A stretch of 64,000 nt of DNA from Rhina ancylostomus. Taxonomy: Eukaryota. Shown in pieces: positions 1 to 13,172 of this stretch (positions are counted from its first letter, which is position 1; the number at the start of each line of letters is the position of its first letter). Under the pieces are notes generated by a model. That model did no database searches, was not told where the DNA came from, and saw only the letters and a list, made by a program, of their open reading frames with translations. The position numbers were made by a program, and so were the translations under genes. The DNA is taken from NCBI GenBank assembly GCA_030265395.1, contig JARFYF010000001.1, forward strand, positions 105,394,701-105,458,700. The letters are read 5' to 3'.

Positions 1-122
1 AATGCACTATTTGTTTATTTTTGTAATGTATAGTAATTTTATGTCTTTGCACTGTACTGCTGCCGCAAAACAACAAATTTCATGTCATAGACGTCAGTGA
101 TAATAAATCTGTTTCTGATTCT
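1..122 (+). mobile_element. Rex1/Babar-like LINE 3' tail
   Basis: TGCACTGTACTGCTGCCGCAAAACAACAAATTTCATG...GATAATAAATCTG ending in a short TTCTGA repeat. Confidence 0.6.
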
Positions 123-1654
123 GACCCTTCCAAAGGCGATATTAAACAGAAATAGCATGTAAAATAGGATATTACATAGTGTTAACACAGCCAACTATAC
201 CAATTTAGTATTATTGTATTACTATGATACAATAACTGGACATGTCAAATACTACAACATATTCTCTCATCTAGCTTCTATTGAGCAGTTTTCTGTGCAA
301 AAGCTAATTGCATCACACACATGCATACCACTAAATAGGAGAACTTTCCTACTGTGTTGCAGGGTCTTTTACATAAGCGGGGCTGGCAAGGTGATCTCAA
401 TTAAATATATTTTGCACCTCTGACAATTCAGTACTCCATTACTGTGGATGCAGGTCTCTGTAAAATCATTCAAAACCATGCTGTTTTGACTTCGAGGGAA
501 GAGTGCTATCACTGAAACCCTAATATGCAGCTGTTGCAGGTCTGTAAGAAGGGAAAAGTTCGAAACATTCAGTGAAGTAGAAATTCAGTAATAGAAAATA
601 TGAATGCTCCAAGGTTTGTGCCAGAAATATTAACTGACTTGCGTTCTCCAGGGATGCTAATTGACCTGTTGCATCTTAGCAAAGGTAATATCAATGACTG
701 CCAAAATACCATGCAATAACTGCAATATCACTTTTATAGAAACCCATTAAGATAAATCATGGCTCCTATCATATGATGATAATAATGGCAAGGATATCAA
801 CAAGGATAGAAAATTAGACATCCAGCTTCTGAATATTTACAATTAAATATATATGTAAATTCAGAAAAATTTCAGTGTGTTGAAGCCAGAAAAAATTAGG
901 ACTGATGCATTTCGTAGGTTAATCTTTAATAATGTAAATAGTGTGATAAATGACCAACAAACAACTTCTCCGGTCCTGAACTTTATAAGAATGGAGTCTT
1001 ATTCGTTCTTGGCAAACCACCTTCTGTTATGAAACAAGTGAATGGTTTGATGAGCCATTTCAACAACCGGGCCTCCACAGTCATTAACAGTTAATCATGT
1101 TACTGTGGATCTGGAGTAGGCCAGACTGGATAAGGACAGATTTCCTCTTATGAAGGATGTTGCTGAACCAGGTGGCTTTTTACAACAACCCTGAAGTTCT
1201 CCAGTTACCATTACTAAGGCTACTTTTTTTTAAAGAGTAAGTCTCAACATCCATTATTTACTGCTGATTGCAAATTTGGTCCGATTAGTAACTCAAGAAA
1301 AATATATTTAATACTGGGCTGTGATCACATCTCACAAATAGAAGCCAACAATCTCATTCTTTCTGATTCAAACAGAATATGCCACAATTTGTTTTTGTGA
1401 CATAGTATCTTACACATAAAGACCAAGTTTAATGATCTGCTGCTCTGCACATTCCATGTTTACTGCAACTCCATTCATCTGTAAACTCAAATGTGACCGG
1501 CTGCAACAGAAGTACATTGTTGTCCTTCTCAAAAACCTGTTCTGAAACTGATCAGAGCTTAATTATATACCAGAGAAGGCACATGCTGATTCTGTCTAGC
1601 CAGCATTACCCTCAGATTCCTTCAAATAGCAACTTTATCACAAAGGACCTTGGT

Positions 1655-2060
1655 GAGACCACACCTGGAACATTGCATACAGGTCTGGCCTCCCTCCTGA
1701 AGGAAGGATAAACTTGCAATTGAGGCAAGGAAGGTTAACCAGATTGATTGTCGGGGGTGGGGGTAGGATCGTCCTATAAGGAGAGATAATAATAGACTGG
1801 GCATAAACTCTCTTAGAGCCTAGAAAAATGATACAAAGCATACAGAATTCTTTACAGGATTCCCAAGGCTGGTGTGTCTAGAACCAGAGGTCACAGACTC
1901 TAAAGAAGGGCCTGCCATTTAGAGCTGAGGAGAGTGGAAATTTCTACACTTGGAGGTAAATTATTCTTTGTAATTCTCTACCCAAGAAGAACAGTTGAGG
2001 CTCACAGAGATGGGTAGATTTCTGGATATTAAAAGAATCACAGAATAGGAGACAGCTCAG
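1655..2060 (+). mobile_element. Old CR1 fragment
   Basis: GAGACCACACCTGGA and CTAGAACCAGAGGTCACAG motifs. Confidence 0.7.
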
Positions 2061-2819
2061 GAAAGTGGTGGTGAGCAAACCAGCCATGATCATACAATTG
2101 CAGAGCAAATGCAAAGCCAAGCGGTCTGTTTTTTTTGTCCTTAGGCCCTGCCTACTTTCCACAAGCCTGGCATTCTGTGTATTCCTCACATTCTTTTCAA
2201 ACTTCAGTCATTTTTATTTTAAGGATTTTGAATCCTTGTTCCTTTGATTCATTTTCAGTGAAATGTTACTTTTTATTCCTTCTAATCATTTATCACAAAA
2301 TTATTATAAAATCCACGGTGGCTCCTAATCATTGCTCAACTACTTCCTACCCTTGTGGACCAGGGACAGATAAGAGACCACTGTGGTGGGGCAGTGACCA
2401 TTCTCCGCCTATTGGATACCATGTGGTCCCAGATGGGTTGGCAGTGACTGTTCCTCGTCTGGCTGGACAGTGAAAGAAAATCATAAGACTACAGATGCTG
2501 GAAATGGGAAACAAAACTGAAAAAAACTGGAAATGTTTTGGATCTAGGACGCCTTGTTCAGAACTGTGAAAGAGAAATACAAGTTTCGGTAGGAGAGGTG
2601 GGGAGGGATGTGTAGAACAAATGTTCAAGCAGCTTGAAGGGGGCAGTTACCAGCACATTAAGCTGCTTTCTCTGTGCAATGTGGTGAGGCTGTGGGACAT
2701 GCCCAACAGGCTAGACTATATGAATAGAAATAAGAAAAAACTGAACTAACATAATGACAGGCAGAAATGGCTAGTGCTAATGCAGACTAAAGGAAAAATG
2801 GACTTTTTAAAGTCGGACA

Positions 2820-3290
2820 ATTCGATATGCAGTCCATAAGGCTGTACCCAGACAGAAGTGAAGGTGTTCCTCAAGCTTGCCTTCGAACCCCTTGTAGCAG
2901 AGCAGGAGGCCATAGGAAGAAAAGTCAGAGTGGGACTGGGAATTAAAGTGGCAAGCAACGGGGAAGCTCAGGGTCATGTCTGCCAATTGAAAGCAGGTGC
3001 TCTGCAAAGCATCAAATCTGTGTTTGGTTTCTCCAATAGAGACCATATTGTGAACACTGAATGGAATACACCAGATTGGAAGAAGTGCAAGTGAATTGCT
3101 ACTTCATCAGGAAGGCCTGTTTGGATGCCTGAAAGCTGGAAGGAAGGAAGGATATGAAATGGCAGATGTTGCATCTCCTTCAGATGCATGGGAAAGTACC
3201 ACAGGGTGGGTACTGGTTGGTGGGGACAGAAGAGCAGACCAGGGAGTTACAAAGTGACCGAGCCTGCAAAATGCTGAAAGGGGAGGAGAT
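2820..3290 (-). mobile_element. Penelope-like retroelement relic (GIY-YIG endonuclease)
   Basis: Degenerate GTFPC..RRCN.C...FTCTSSNLVY.IQCSQ...IGETK on the minus strand. Confidence 0.8.
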
Positions 3291-3439
3291 TGTATGAGCT
3301 TATTGCCCACTGGGAAGTGACTGACGATATGATTTGCATGAAGGGATACAGTTTCAGATCCAACCCTGCAGATGTGACAGAGTTCGGTAACATACACAAC
3401 GGCAAGGAGTTACAAAGAATATGCACAAGATTGCACTCC

Positions 3440-3870
3440 CAGCCACTCCCGAGGGGGGAATAGGGGGCCACTCCCGATGGGAAATCAGGAGACATTCCCA
3501 GCGGCTGCTGGAATACCGCGGGTCATTCCCGGCCGATCGGGCCCCGGCGCCGCGCCCTCGCCGCCCCCCCCCCCCCCCCCCCCGGGGCGCTGCCGCCGTN
3601 NNNNNNNNNNNNNNNNNNNNNNNNNNNNNNNNNNNNNNNNNNNNNNNNNNNNNNNNNNNNNNNNNNNNNNNNNNNNNNNNNNNNNNNNNNNNNNNNNNNN
3701 NNNNNNNNNNNNNGAGACCGGGCAGCTTCTCCGCCATTTGCTGCTCTCGGCGGTGACGAGCGGTTCCCCGGCCGGAGTTCGCTGGGTGGCCAGGCGGCGG
3801 CGGCAGCGGTGCGCTCCCCACCCAGGCTCCGCTCACACACAAACAGGCGGTCTGACTGCACCTGCTGCAA
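3440..3870. promoter_or_regulatory. Second CpG island about 2 kb upstream of FBXO33
   Basis: Dense CpG, C20 run, YY1-like CCGCCATTT 3731-3739, internal N gap. Confidence 0.6.
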
Positions 3871-3904
3871 AACAATGGGCCTCAGTGTCTGCAGTTCCTG
3901 CCTG

Positions 3905-4100
3905 CATTAGGTCAGTCAACACTGTGAACACTGAATGCGATGTCCTGGACTGGAAGAAGTGCAACTGAATTGCTGCTTCATCTGGAAGGACTGTTTGGAT
4001 GCCTGGAAGCTGGGAAGGAAGGAGATGAAAGGACAGGCGTTGCATCTCCTGCGGTTGCATAGCAAAGTGCCACAGAGTGGGCACTGGTGGGCACTGCTGT
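3905..4100 (-). mobile_element. Penelope-like relic, second copy
   Basis: GTLLCNRRRCNACPFISFLPSFQASKQSFQMKQQFSCTSSS; near-copy of about 3045-3220. Confidence 0.8.
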
Positions 4101-5199
4101 CTGGCCATTTACTGAGTGGGGGCAAGATTCGGTTCTAGTCTGCTACTTCCAACCAAGTCGAACAAAATAGTTCGCCAACGTATTGAGAGTAGCCAGGTTA
4201 TGAAGGGATGTTACTGCTCTCCGGGTCTGTATCAAGAAACTCAAATCTCTCATAGACGAGAGGCCGTGCTTTCCCGTCTTTAAAGAGAGCTCTGTGATTA
4301 AAGGGGTGGTGAAAGAGGTCCTGCAAAAGCTGAATTTATTTGGTTAGAGTTGAAGAATTTTGACTAGGAAATTTTATTCCAAATCCACTGTTGTAAAGTA
4401 TGTGTTAATGCAAATGAAGCTCCATTAAGGTATAAATCTGACCTGTAGTAAGTATTCAAGTCTTTTCTACATAATATTTCTTCAGCTACTTTCAAAGCTA
4501 ACCAAGGAAACACACTGTGAGACAGTCTGGTTATATAAAGTTAAGCTACAGATCCATCGTGATCTAATAATGAAACGGGCTCAAAGCTGAATGGAAACAG
4601 AAAATGCTGGGAAAACTGCCTACTTTATCTAATGGTATGAACTACGGTGACAATGAACATATCCTTCTGAATCAGGCAAAAATTGAGTCCTGACAAATTG
4701 AATGACTAGGGTGACCGATAGACCCACATCTCCTGGACGAGAGAGTTACCAATATAAGCGGGAGGATTCAGGAAATAGTAAATTCAGAAACTGTAACAGA
4801 GATGTGTCAAAACTTGAGGGGAAAAATCTCACCTTAAAGGGGGATGCAATATAAATAGATTGAGAATGAGGGGATGGTGCTATGAAGNNNNNNNNNNCTA
4901 TATTCAATGGACCAGAATGATGAAAGATGCTATCACTGAAAATAAAATATAAGAATCTGGAAAAAATATTTTCTCTCACTGAGGATTCACCAAAGGATCA
5001 CAGTCTCAGGGATAAGGATTTGGTCATTAAATTGAAGTCAAAGAAACTGCAGATGCTGGAAATTGTGAAGCAAAAGCAGCAACTGCTGGAAACACTCAGC
5101 AGGTCAGGCAGCGTGTGTGGGAAGAGAAAGAGAGGTAACAGTGCATTGTCCCAGGCCCTTGGCCTTTTTGGGACTGCAGGGAAGGGATTCGGAGATGTC

Positions 5200-6450
5200 C
5201 CGGGGTCTGTGCGATCCCCAGGGGACGGGGCTGAGGGTTGGGACAACAGACCTCGCCCCTCCCTCCAACGAGTGACGTCATGTCACGTGACGGCCGCGCA
5301 GAACTTTGTAAACAGGCTCTCGGCTCCGAAAACAGCTGAGAGCGCGGGGGGAGGGGGATCCCGAGATCATCAGATCAACGCAACCGGTTCTTCAGAGTTT
5401 CCAGCTAACTTTAACCCAGGATGTTTTTCATTGATATTGAATATTAAGTAAACCGACGAGGTTTCTCGCTGCGATTGCAGGTTATTGAGGTGCCTGTGGT
5501 GTGCCGGCTCTTTCCTTCCCCCCCCCCACTACCTGTGCGGTGTAGGGGTCCCACCCGCCTTCCGGTGCCAGGCCCGGAGCCGGGACTGGAGTGGAAGCGA
5601 TGAGACAGCGGCGGTGCTGAGGGAGCGAGCGTGTGGCCGGGGGTCGCGGCCAGTGCAGCCGCTGGGGGACGGGGGGAGAGAGAGAGAGAGGAGCGAGTGA
5701 GGGGGGACGGTGCCCCAGGGCCTGAAGCNNNNNNNNNNNNNNNNNNNNNNNNNNNNNNNNNNNNNNNNNNNNNNNNNNNNNGGCCGAGCGATGGCGCTGT
5801 GCGGGGCCGTGGCGGCGGCGGCCGCCGCACTGCCGTGCGAAGTCATCGTGCACATCTTCTCCTTCCTGCCCCCCTGGGACCGGCTGCGGGCCTCGTCCGT
5901 CTGCTCCAAGTGGCGGGAGTGCCTCTTCTACCCGTCGCTGTGGCCCGAGCTGCGGCTCCGCCTGCGCGGCTCGGCCGCCGAGCGCTGCCGCCTCGACTTC
6001 CTCATGAAGAAGTGCGGCTCATTCGTGCGGGAGCTGCGGGTGGAGTTCGAGAGCAGCGGCGGCGGCGGAGGGGGGCGGCCCGACCCGCTCCGGAGTTACA
6101 TGGACGAGGTGGTGTGCGTGTTGAAGAGCGTGAGGAGCAACCGCAACCTGCAGAAGCTCAGCGTGTTCGGCGACATCTACCTGCAGGAGCCCGACGACAA
6201 GCACTCGCATGAGTAGGTGTCCTGGCCGGGAAGGGTGGAGCCCCGGGGGGAGGTGGGGGGCGCAGCCAGGGGACCCCCGACAGAGAGTAGCCCTGGCCCT
6301 GGGCATGTGGGCTTGGTGGCCATTGCCGTGTGAATGTTACACGCCAGTTGAGTTTGGTTGGATGCTCTGTCGTGCGTCCGCCTCGCAGCCCTCCTCCTTC
6401 CCCGGCTGATGGCAGTGGCGCTGGTCTCTCGGTCGCTCTGCTGCTGCAAT
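5200..6450. promoter_or_regulatory. CpG island / FBXO33 promoter with CRE and E-box
   Basis: GC/CpG-rich; TGACGTCA 5273-5280, GTCACGTGAC 5282-5291, ETS-like CTTCCGG 5559-5565. Confidence 0.8.
5791..6212 (+). CDS. FBXO33: FBXO33 coding exon 1 (F-box)
   Basis: ATG 5791; MALCGAV...LPCEVIVHIFSFLPPWDRLRASSVCSKWRECLFYPSLW F-box, closely like vertebrate FBXO33; donor GA|GTAGGT at 6213, phase 2. An N gap just upstream leaves the start slightly uncertain. Confidence 0.93.
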
Positions 6451-9400
6451 GTCGCGTTGTTTCTCAGCATTTACACGCAGCTTACGAGCTAGGGAACAGA
6501 GGATTGCATCTGATTCTATCATTTAGCCTGTTTGTGTACACGCTTTTATTTTTGCCACTTCTTCCAGAATATTGATTCTTCGCACCTTTTGAAAACAACC
6601 CATCGTGCGAATCTTGGATGAGCTTGGGAAACAATTTCACGCAAGTTGCCTTTGAAGGCCACCATAGCCTGACCCCTACTTTTCCATAGGGCTAGCAGCA
6701 AACTTACTGGATTTTAATTTGACTTTTTTTTGTACAGGTCTCTTTCTGTCCTATCATTACTTTAGCACAGCGCAGAATCCAAGTGGAAATTTAACTGATT
6801 TAAAATGCCTGTTCTCTTCGTGTTGGGACTTTGCTAGTGTTTTTGCCAGCTGTTGTGTTGGTTTGTGTGGTTTAATGGGCCAGTATGTAGCACAGAGAAA
6901 ATCATTTACCAGGTAGCACAACTTTAAACTGAAATATGCATAAAATGAGAACTTTTGCATTAATACCGATTGTAACATGCAGAGCCTATAGGTTAACGAA
7001 GGCTGTTAATGTAACTATTCCACAATCTCCAAGTCCACCTATTTCCATAAAATTGTGGAAGAGATGTAAGCAGTCTTAAGAAATCATTTTTTTCTAGATA
7101 TCTGACATTTTAGACTTGTTGATGGCTGTTGGGTCAGGCTGCATGGTAGACCATTAACATATTGGCTGAAAATCTCTGAAGAACAATGCTAATATGACTA
7201 CTTCTTTCTCTGGATTGTGAAAATGAGATGTGCAAGTTTGATTTCTGGGGGATGCTGGAATATGACTATCAATTGAAACTAGGATTTAACTTATTTTCTG
7301 TTTTGGCTAAATGGAGAGGTACTTTAAGGCTGTGCTGAATGCATTTTACTTTGAGTCATGCTATAGATAAATCTGGCACTTTGTAGTATCATAAGAGGGA
7401 GACAAGTTGCATTGATTGTGAATCTTGAAAAATTCACATATGTATCCCACATGACTGCTGTGAGTTATGAGGTGTTTTATACTGTTTCCTAGTATAGTAT
7501 ATTATCTTTAGGCAGGGTCACACTAATGGTTAGGGAGGTTATATGGTTTCAATTAATAGACCCTTGTGAAAAATGTAGATATTAACCATAATTATTTTAG
7601 TAATTACATAATACACCAATCAACATTGCTTATGGGCCGTGTAAGAATGAAACCATTTAGGGAACTCTTTGATTCTGCAACCTAAAATAAAACTGTTCTT
7701 TATTTGTTTAACATTAAATTGCTTTCATTGATTTCTAGTAGAAAACTACTGGATTGGATTAGAGTTAGAATTTTTTTCTGTCAGTGACAAGAGCTTCTGA
7801 TGGCTCTTGTATAACTTTTGTATTTGCCCTTCCTTTTTGTCTTTCTTGTTTTAATGTTTGTGTTGATTTCTCTTCCAACTTCATTTTCTTTTTCTTTTAT
7901 TTCTATTTCTTTAGATCGCTACTTAAAACAAAAGTCTGGGCAGATTATTTTTTTCCCCAGTCTGCATCCATTGGTTCTTCGGTATGCTAAGGATATTTTC
8001 TGCTGGTCCAGACAATTTATATATTTTAAAACAAATGTAGGTCTCATACCAGTGGAATTTTTGCCCTTTTGTTAAAGGTAAGGTTTGCTAGGATATATTG
8101 TACTTTAGGAGTTGTGATACTGAACCTTGTATTTAAAAACTCAAGTTACCCTCTACGTGAAAGTGACATTTGATGATTGGATTTCCAATCACGTTTTAAA
8201 GTGGTTGTCATGAGACCCAATACCTGGTAGAAAGGAATCAAATATCAACATGTAAAGTTGTATTTCCTCTTGAGGGGAAATGAAAGATAAATGTGTTGCT
8301 GTATATGATTGGAAAGTGTCACCACTAAAGTTGCTTGCAGATCAAAAGTACAGAATTCTAAGGGTGTTCATTAAGGCTTATCCACGAATATAAAAGGAGG
8401 AGTTACTGTTGATTATTACATATTACAAATCTCCATCCCTCACGCAAATTGATAGGATTTGGAGCTATGGCTGCTATGTAAATTGATTAGGTAGTTTGTT
8501 GCAGGATGCAGAGCCGATCCTCCATTGTGTTATAAGAATGGTGTTTTGTGTCTGCTTGTTGCTAAGATAGGGATGGGTGTGTGTAGTACAAATTTAGTTG
8601 CTCATTCACGTGCCTGCGGCTTTACTGCAATGTGAGTGGTTATGCTGGAGGAAGTATGAATAATAACTGTGCAGTAATATAGTCAATGCATTGTGGTGGT
8701 CTGAGATCTGTGCGGAGTTTGTCTAACACAGGAAATCTGTCCTTGCGGATGGTGTGATCCTGTAACCTTTTCGCTTCCCAAGTGATATTTCTGCTGTCAG
8801 TTTTTCTTATGGGTTCCTGAATTTGCTAGGGCCTTTGAAAGCATTCTGAGCTGAGGTTAGACATTTATGTAGGGGGTTGGAAGATTACCAAGAGCATCAC
8901 TTTGGGTGGAATCGCCAACAACAAACTGCAGAATAGTGTGGTTTTCACAATTACCCTGGAGCAGTTCTGTTTATGCGAATGGAAGAAGACTTTCTCTAAA
9001 AACAATTATAAGTATAAATCTTCCATGTTTCTTTTGTTCTCTATTACACATGTAGTCTTAATATATTATTAAAACTTATTAAATGCCTTTTTGCTAGTGA
9101 ATTGTCACTGTTCATGTTAATGTTTGTAAAATTATTTTGCTGTCTTAACCTTGTCATTATAATCAGCATTACTGGTAAGTACAATTCTGTGGGTTAAACA
9201 TGTTTGAGACATGACAGCTGACATAATAGTCAAAATCAAGGGAACATTTTCTTTGTAAATAATGAATACTAAATTAAGAAAACATCCTGCAGCACTATTA
9301 TTTGATTAAATGCTTTAAATAAATGAGGGAGGCACAATTATTTTGAATGACCATACTTTGCCACCATCTTGTGTGCAGCGTTGATACTACAGTGATAATG

Positions 9401-10343
9401 AGGAAAGGAGAATGCAACTGACCCAGATATTTTGTATTCGGTTTGAAGCTGCGCTTTTGGTGCAGCTCTTACACTCTTGTGTTGTGCTGAGTCATAAATG
9501 TTGTCCTTTTTAACAAAGTTCCCAAGATTGTATGATCTTCCCAAGTGTTATTTAGAATGGAAAGTATCAGAAATGGAAATCGAGGAAACCATAATACAGA
9601 CTGTATCTCTGCAGAGGATGTTAATACAATCTGAAAAGCAAGTGCTTTGAGTTGAATAGTTTTTCATAGCTTTAAACTGTTGGAACAATTTTTTTCTAGG
9701 AAAGCAACAACTGCTTGATTAAGGAATTTATTTTTAGTAAGTTTGATTAAATGGAAGCTGATTACTTTATATGGCATTAGGAAAAAGTTCAAAGCCCAGA
9801 AATCCACAGCTTAAAGGTGTAAAGAAATAACACAATGAAAAAGCAAANNNNNNNNNNNNNNNNNNNNNGAAATTAAAAAAAAGTGCTGGAGATGCTCAGT
9901 AGGTCAGGTAGCATCTATGGAGAGAGGATCAGTTGATTTTTGATCAGAATTGCAGTTGGAAATCAAACATGTTTTAATTTGCAGAGAAATGAGGAGGGGC
10001 AGCAGGAACAAAGGGAATGTCTGAGGCAGAGTAACTGAGCTAATGGAGTAACTGCATTTTAATAATTGAAACTGGGTAGTTGAGTCTGAGAATAATTAAA
10101 GGTAAAATCAAAAGTATAACTGATTTGGCTGGGAATTTTTGTGTGAAAGGAGGATCAAGGAAAAGTACAGATTTCAATTGACAGCACATGGTGGGTGCGT
10201 GGATTTTTCTTGTTTCAATGTGCATTCTGTTCCCACAGACTCTTTGGGAAGAGTTGAAGGATTTTTAGGGCTTTGGACTTGCAAATCTAATGAATTGCTG
10301 ATGTTTAGAAATGTAGCAAATGTAATACTTTTCTTTATTACAG

Positions 10344-11035
10344 AATCCAACAATTGATTGAAGAGGTATTGGGAAATTCCAAACATCTGAAATGGCTCTC
10401 CCTTGGTTTTATGCTGGAGGTAGTAACTCCCACAACACTAGCAGCCTTGCCTCAGTCCAGTGCCAACTGCATTGAACACCTGAGTCTCCTGGATACCCAT
10501 TTTATTAATAAAACCCCAGTCATTGAGGCAGTTGAGCTGGAGCGCTTTCTAAACCTGCGATCACTTGCATTGGATTTCTGCGATTTTACTGCTGAAGTAA
10601 CACGAGTACTCGCCAACAGCAACCATGTGCCTTTGCATAGGTTGTCTCTTGTAATACATCATCTCTCGATGTCCAACATACACGTTTTAGATAACATGCC
10701 ACAAGATGCAGATTGGAAGGTGCTTACTAGGCACTGTGCAAATCTTCATGTTTACATCATGGCCTTTAATGTCAGGAATGACATTTTGCTAAGAATTCTG
10801 AAGCCAAGCATACCTTTAGGGAGAATTCACTTTGACAGCTCAACTAATGGTGTTTCAGGTGCCGTGGTAGATCTCATATCCAGGCAGTATGACAAATCCC
10901 TTACTCACTTCCTCCTAATAAAGGATGTAGAGCAAGGCATTAATGGTTTTCCAGATCTCAGCGACAACCGCAATGAAGACCCTTTGGTGCTTTTGGCATG
11001 GAAGTGTACAAAGCTTTCTCACCTCTCAATCCATG
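10344..11035 (+). CDS. FBXO33: FBXO33 coding exon 2
   Basis: Acceptor ttctttattacag; IQQLIEEVLGNSKHLKWLS...SLALDFCDFTAE...FPDLSDNRNEDPLVLLAW; donor G|GTAAG; 692 nt, phases fit. Confidence 0.96.
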
Positions 11036-11779
11036 GTAAGCAGTGGAAGTATTTGTGGTTATTTCTTTGTATTAATATTGGCCTTAGCACAGTTACTTTT
11101 GACTCAAATGCGAATTTCTGATCTTGACGGTAAACATTTTAAGTTTTGTATATTTGATTCTTGGATAATGGAAAGCAACAACCATTACAGAATTATAATA
11201 ATTATCATGAATAGATCAAAGATTAGATTTTAATGATGAGAGAAATTGTGGGCCAAACTGTTATATGATATTGTCATACTTTCTAGAGCACTTGTCATCA
11301 AAATAAAAAATTAATTTTCTCACCACGAGTTCACCATTTTGTAACTAATTTTTGTATGAACATCTTAAATTTGTTAAGTATGTGTTTTTTAATTTGCGCT
11401 TCCACTGTTGAACTCTTGGAAAACTGCACCAGTATGAAATTTTAGACAGTAACTTTGTGATTGTCATGTTGCCATATTGTAGATTGTTTAGTGATGTAAC
11501 TTTGTGGCCACTTATGACTGTTTGTACTAACTTAATGTACTTCACTTAATGGCACATTGTACTTGGATATGGTGGCTTTTTATAGAGGTCTTTTGTTGCT
11601 GAATATTTGGATTCACGAACATTTAGACATTATTTCTACATAAAGATTTGTAGCGTGAAAATGAGATTGTAATTCTGGAGTCCATAATTAGCATAATAGC
11701 CAAGTTTGTTCAGAACTTTGTTTATGCAAACATTTCTACTTTGTTCTTGATTCCATAATCTTTTATATTTTCAACTTAG

Positions 11780-12051
11780 GTTATGCAGTTTGGGCCCATA
11801 ATCTTATCGCTATAGCTCGGCTTCGTGGACCTGAGCTGCAAGTCCTGGAGGTCACTGAGGAAAGCATTAATTTCGATGAAGATGCAATGGCTGACCTGGA
11901 TGGAGATCCTGTGCATAATCTCATTGAAGAAGTATCCATAGGTTTAGGAAGGCGGTGGCATCCAGTAATGAAAAATGAAACGCTTTACGTTTTCAGTGAG
12001 ACCACTCGTTATTTTTACAAAGAGATGCAGCGCTTCAGTGAAGGCATTTAG
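11780..12051 (+). CDS. FBXO33: FBXO33 last coding exon
   Basis: Acceptor tttcaacttag; YAVWAHNLIAIARLRGPELQVLEVTEESI...FYKEMQRFSEGI, stop TAG 12049-12051. Confidence 0.96.
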
Positions 12052-13172
12052 CATTTCAAAACTTGTGTATTAGAGGGCCCTGCATTTTTCAGTAATAAGT
12101 TAACATTTACATGTGCTGTTAATTAGTATTAGTTATAAATATATACACTTGTTTATCCTGCTTAATCTGTAAATGTAGTTGGTATTGGTTTAGAAGTAGA
12201 TGTGGCAAGAGTCACTGGATTTTCTCTGTCAGCGCCTGTGTCAACTGCCAAAGANNNNNNNNNNNNNNNNNNNNNNNNNNNNNNNNNNNNNNNNNNNNNN
12301 NNNNNNNNNNNNNNNNNNNNNNNNNNNNNNNNNNNNNNNNNNNNNNNNNNNNNNAGTCAACTGCCAAAGAAAACAGAATGAAGAAGTGCCCACATGCTGG
12401 CAGGGGCAGGCCAATGGCTGGTCAGCCAGAACCTACGAGTTTAAAAGGTCGAATTTTCTACCTGCGGTACACAGCTGTGCTGTGGCTCAGTCAACAACTT
12501 TACAGCTCTTAAATGAACGTGCACCTGGTTCACTGTGAATAGTGAATACAAAAAAAATCAGTTCTAACAAAGCTATGAGCTGCTGCTATGATTTTTGAGA
12601 ACATTCCACTAGGATAACTTTTAAAATCTTGTTAAAGCAAGAGGCTTTAAAAGCCGCAATGTTCAGGGCAACCGCGGGTACAGTCGTGGTCTCTGTGAGA
12701 CTAGCACCTGACCCCAGTTTTAAGTGGTACGAATGTTGTGCATTTAATGTAAAGGACAGCCAGTATTACTCAGTGTGGCCATCATGCTGCCCAGCAGTGC
12801 TGTGACCTGGCTGCTTTGTATAAGCTTGTAAAACAAATTTACTGTATGCAACATATGTCAAGATTCTATTTATGAAGAAAGTGTGAGTGGTGATTGTTTC
12901 AAATGGTTTTACCATCTTGTGTCAAAGATGATGCGTTTTGACAGGTGTGCATTATGTTGCGTGTCTCCAGTGATTAATGCACTTACCATGCGGATTTTAT
13001 ATGTACATCTGTAGAGTGGATCCACTGGTGCAATGTATGAAAATGCCAGATGTGGTGAGATTTTATCATTGAATGAGATCATATGAAATACTGACAGAAA
13101 ATGTGAGGAAAGCAGTTGAATGTTAAATTAATGTTTAAAGTTTGTGTTGACTGCTGATTGTTTTAATCTATC

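Noticed and set aside
3045-4100. Direct repeats flanking the CpG island, as possible LTRs
   Set aside because: Both are internal Penelope endonuclease fragments with no LTR features.
4927-5451. 174-aa ORF upstream of FBXO33
   Set aside because: Runs through a Penelope-type tail and promoter DNA; no recognisable protein.
5631-6212. 193-aa Arg/Ala-rich alternate-frame ORF and antisense ORFs over FBXO33 exon 1
   Set aside because: Shadow ORFs of GC-rich coding sequence, partly made of N bases.
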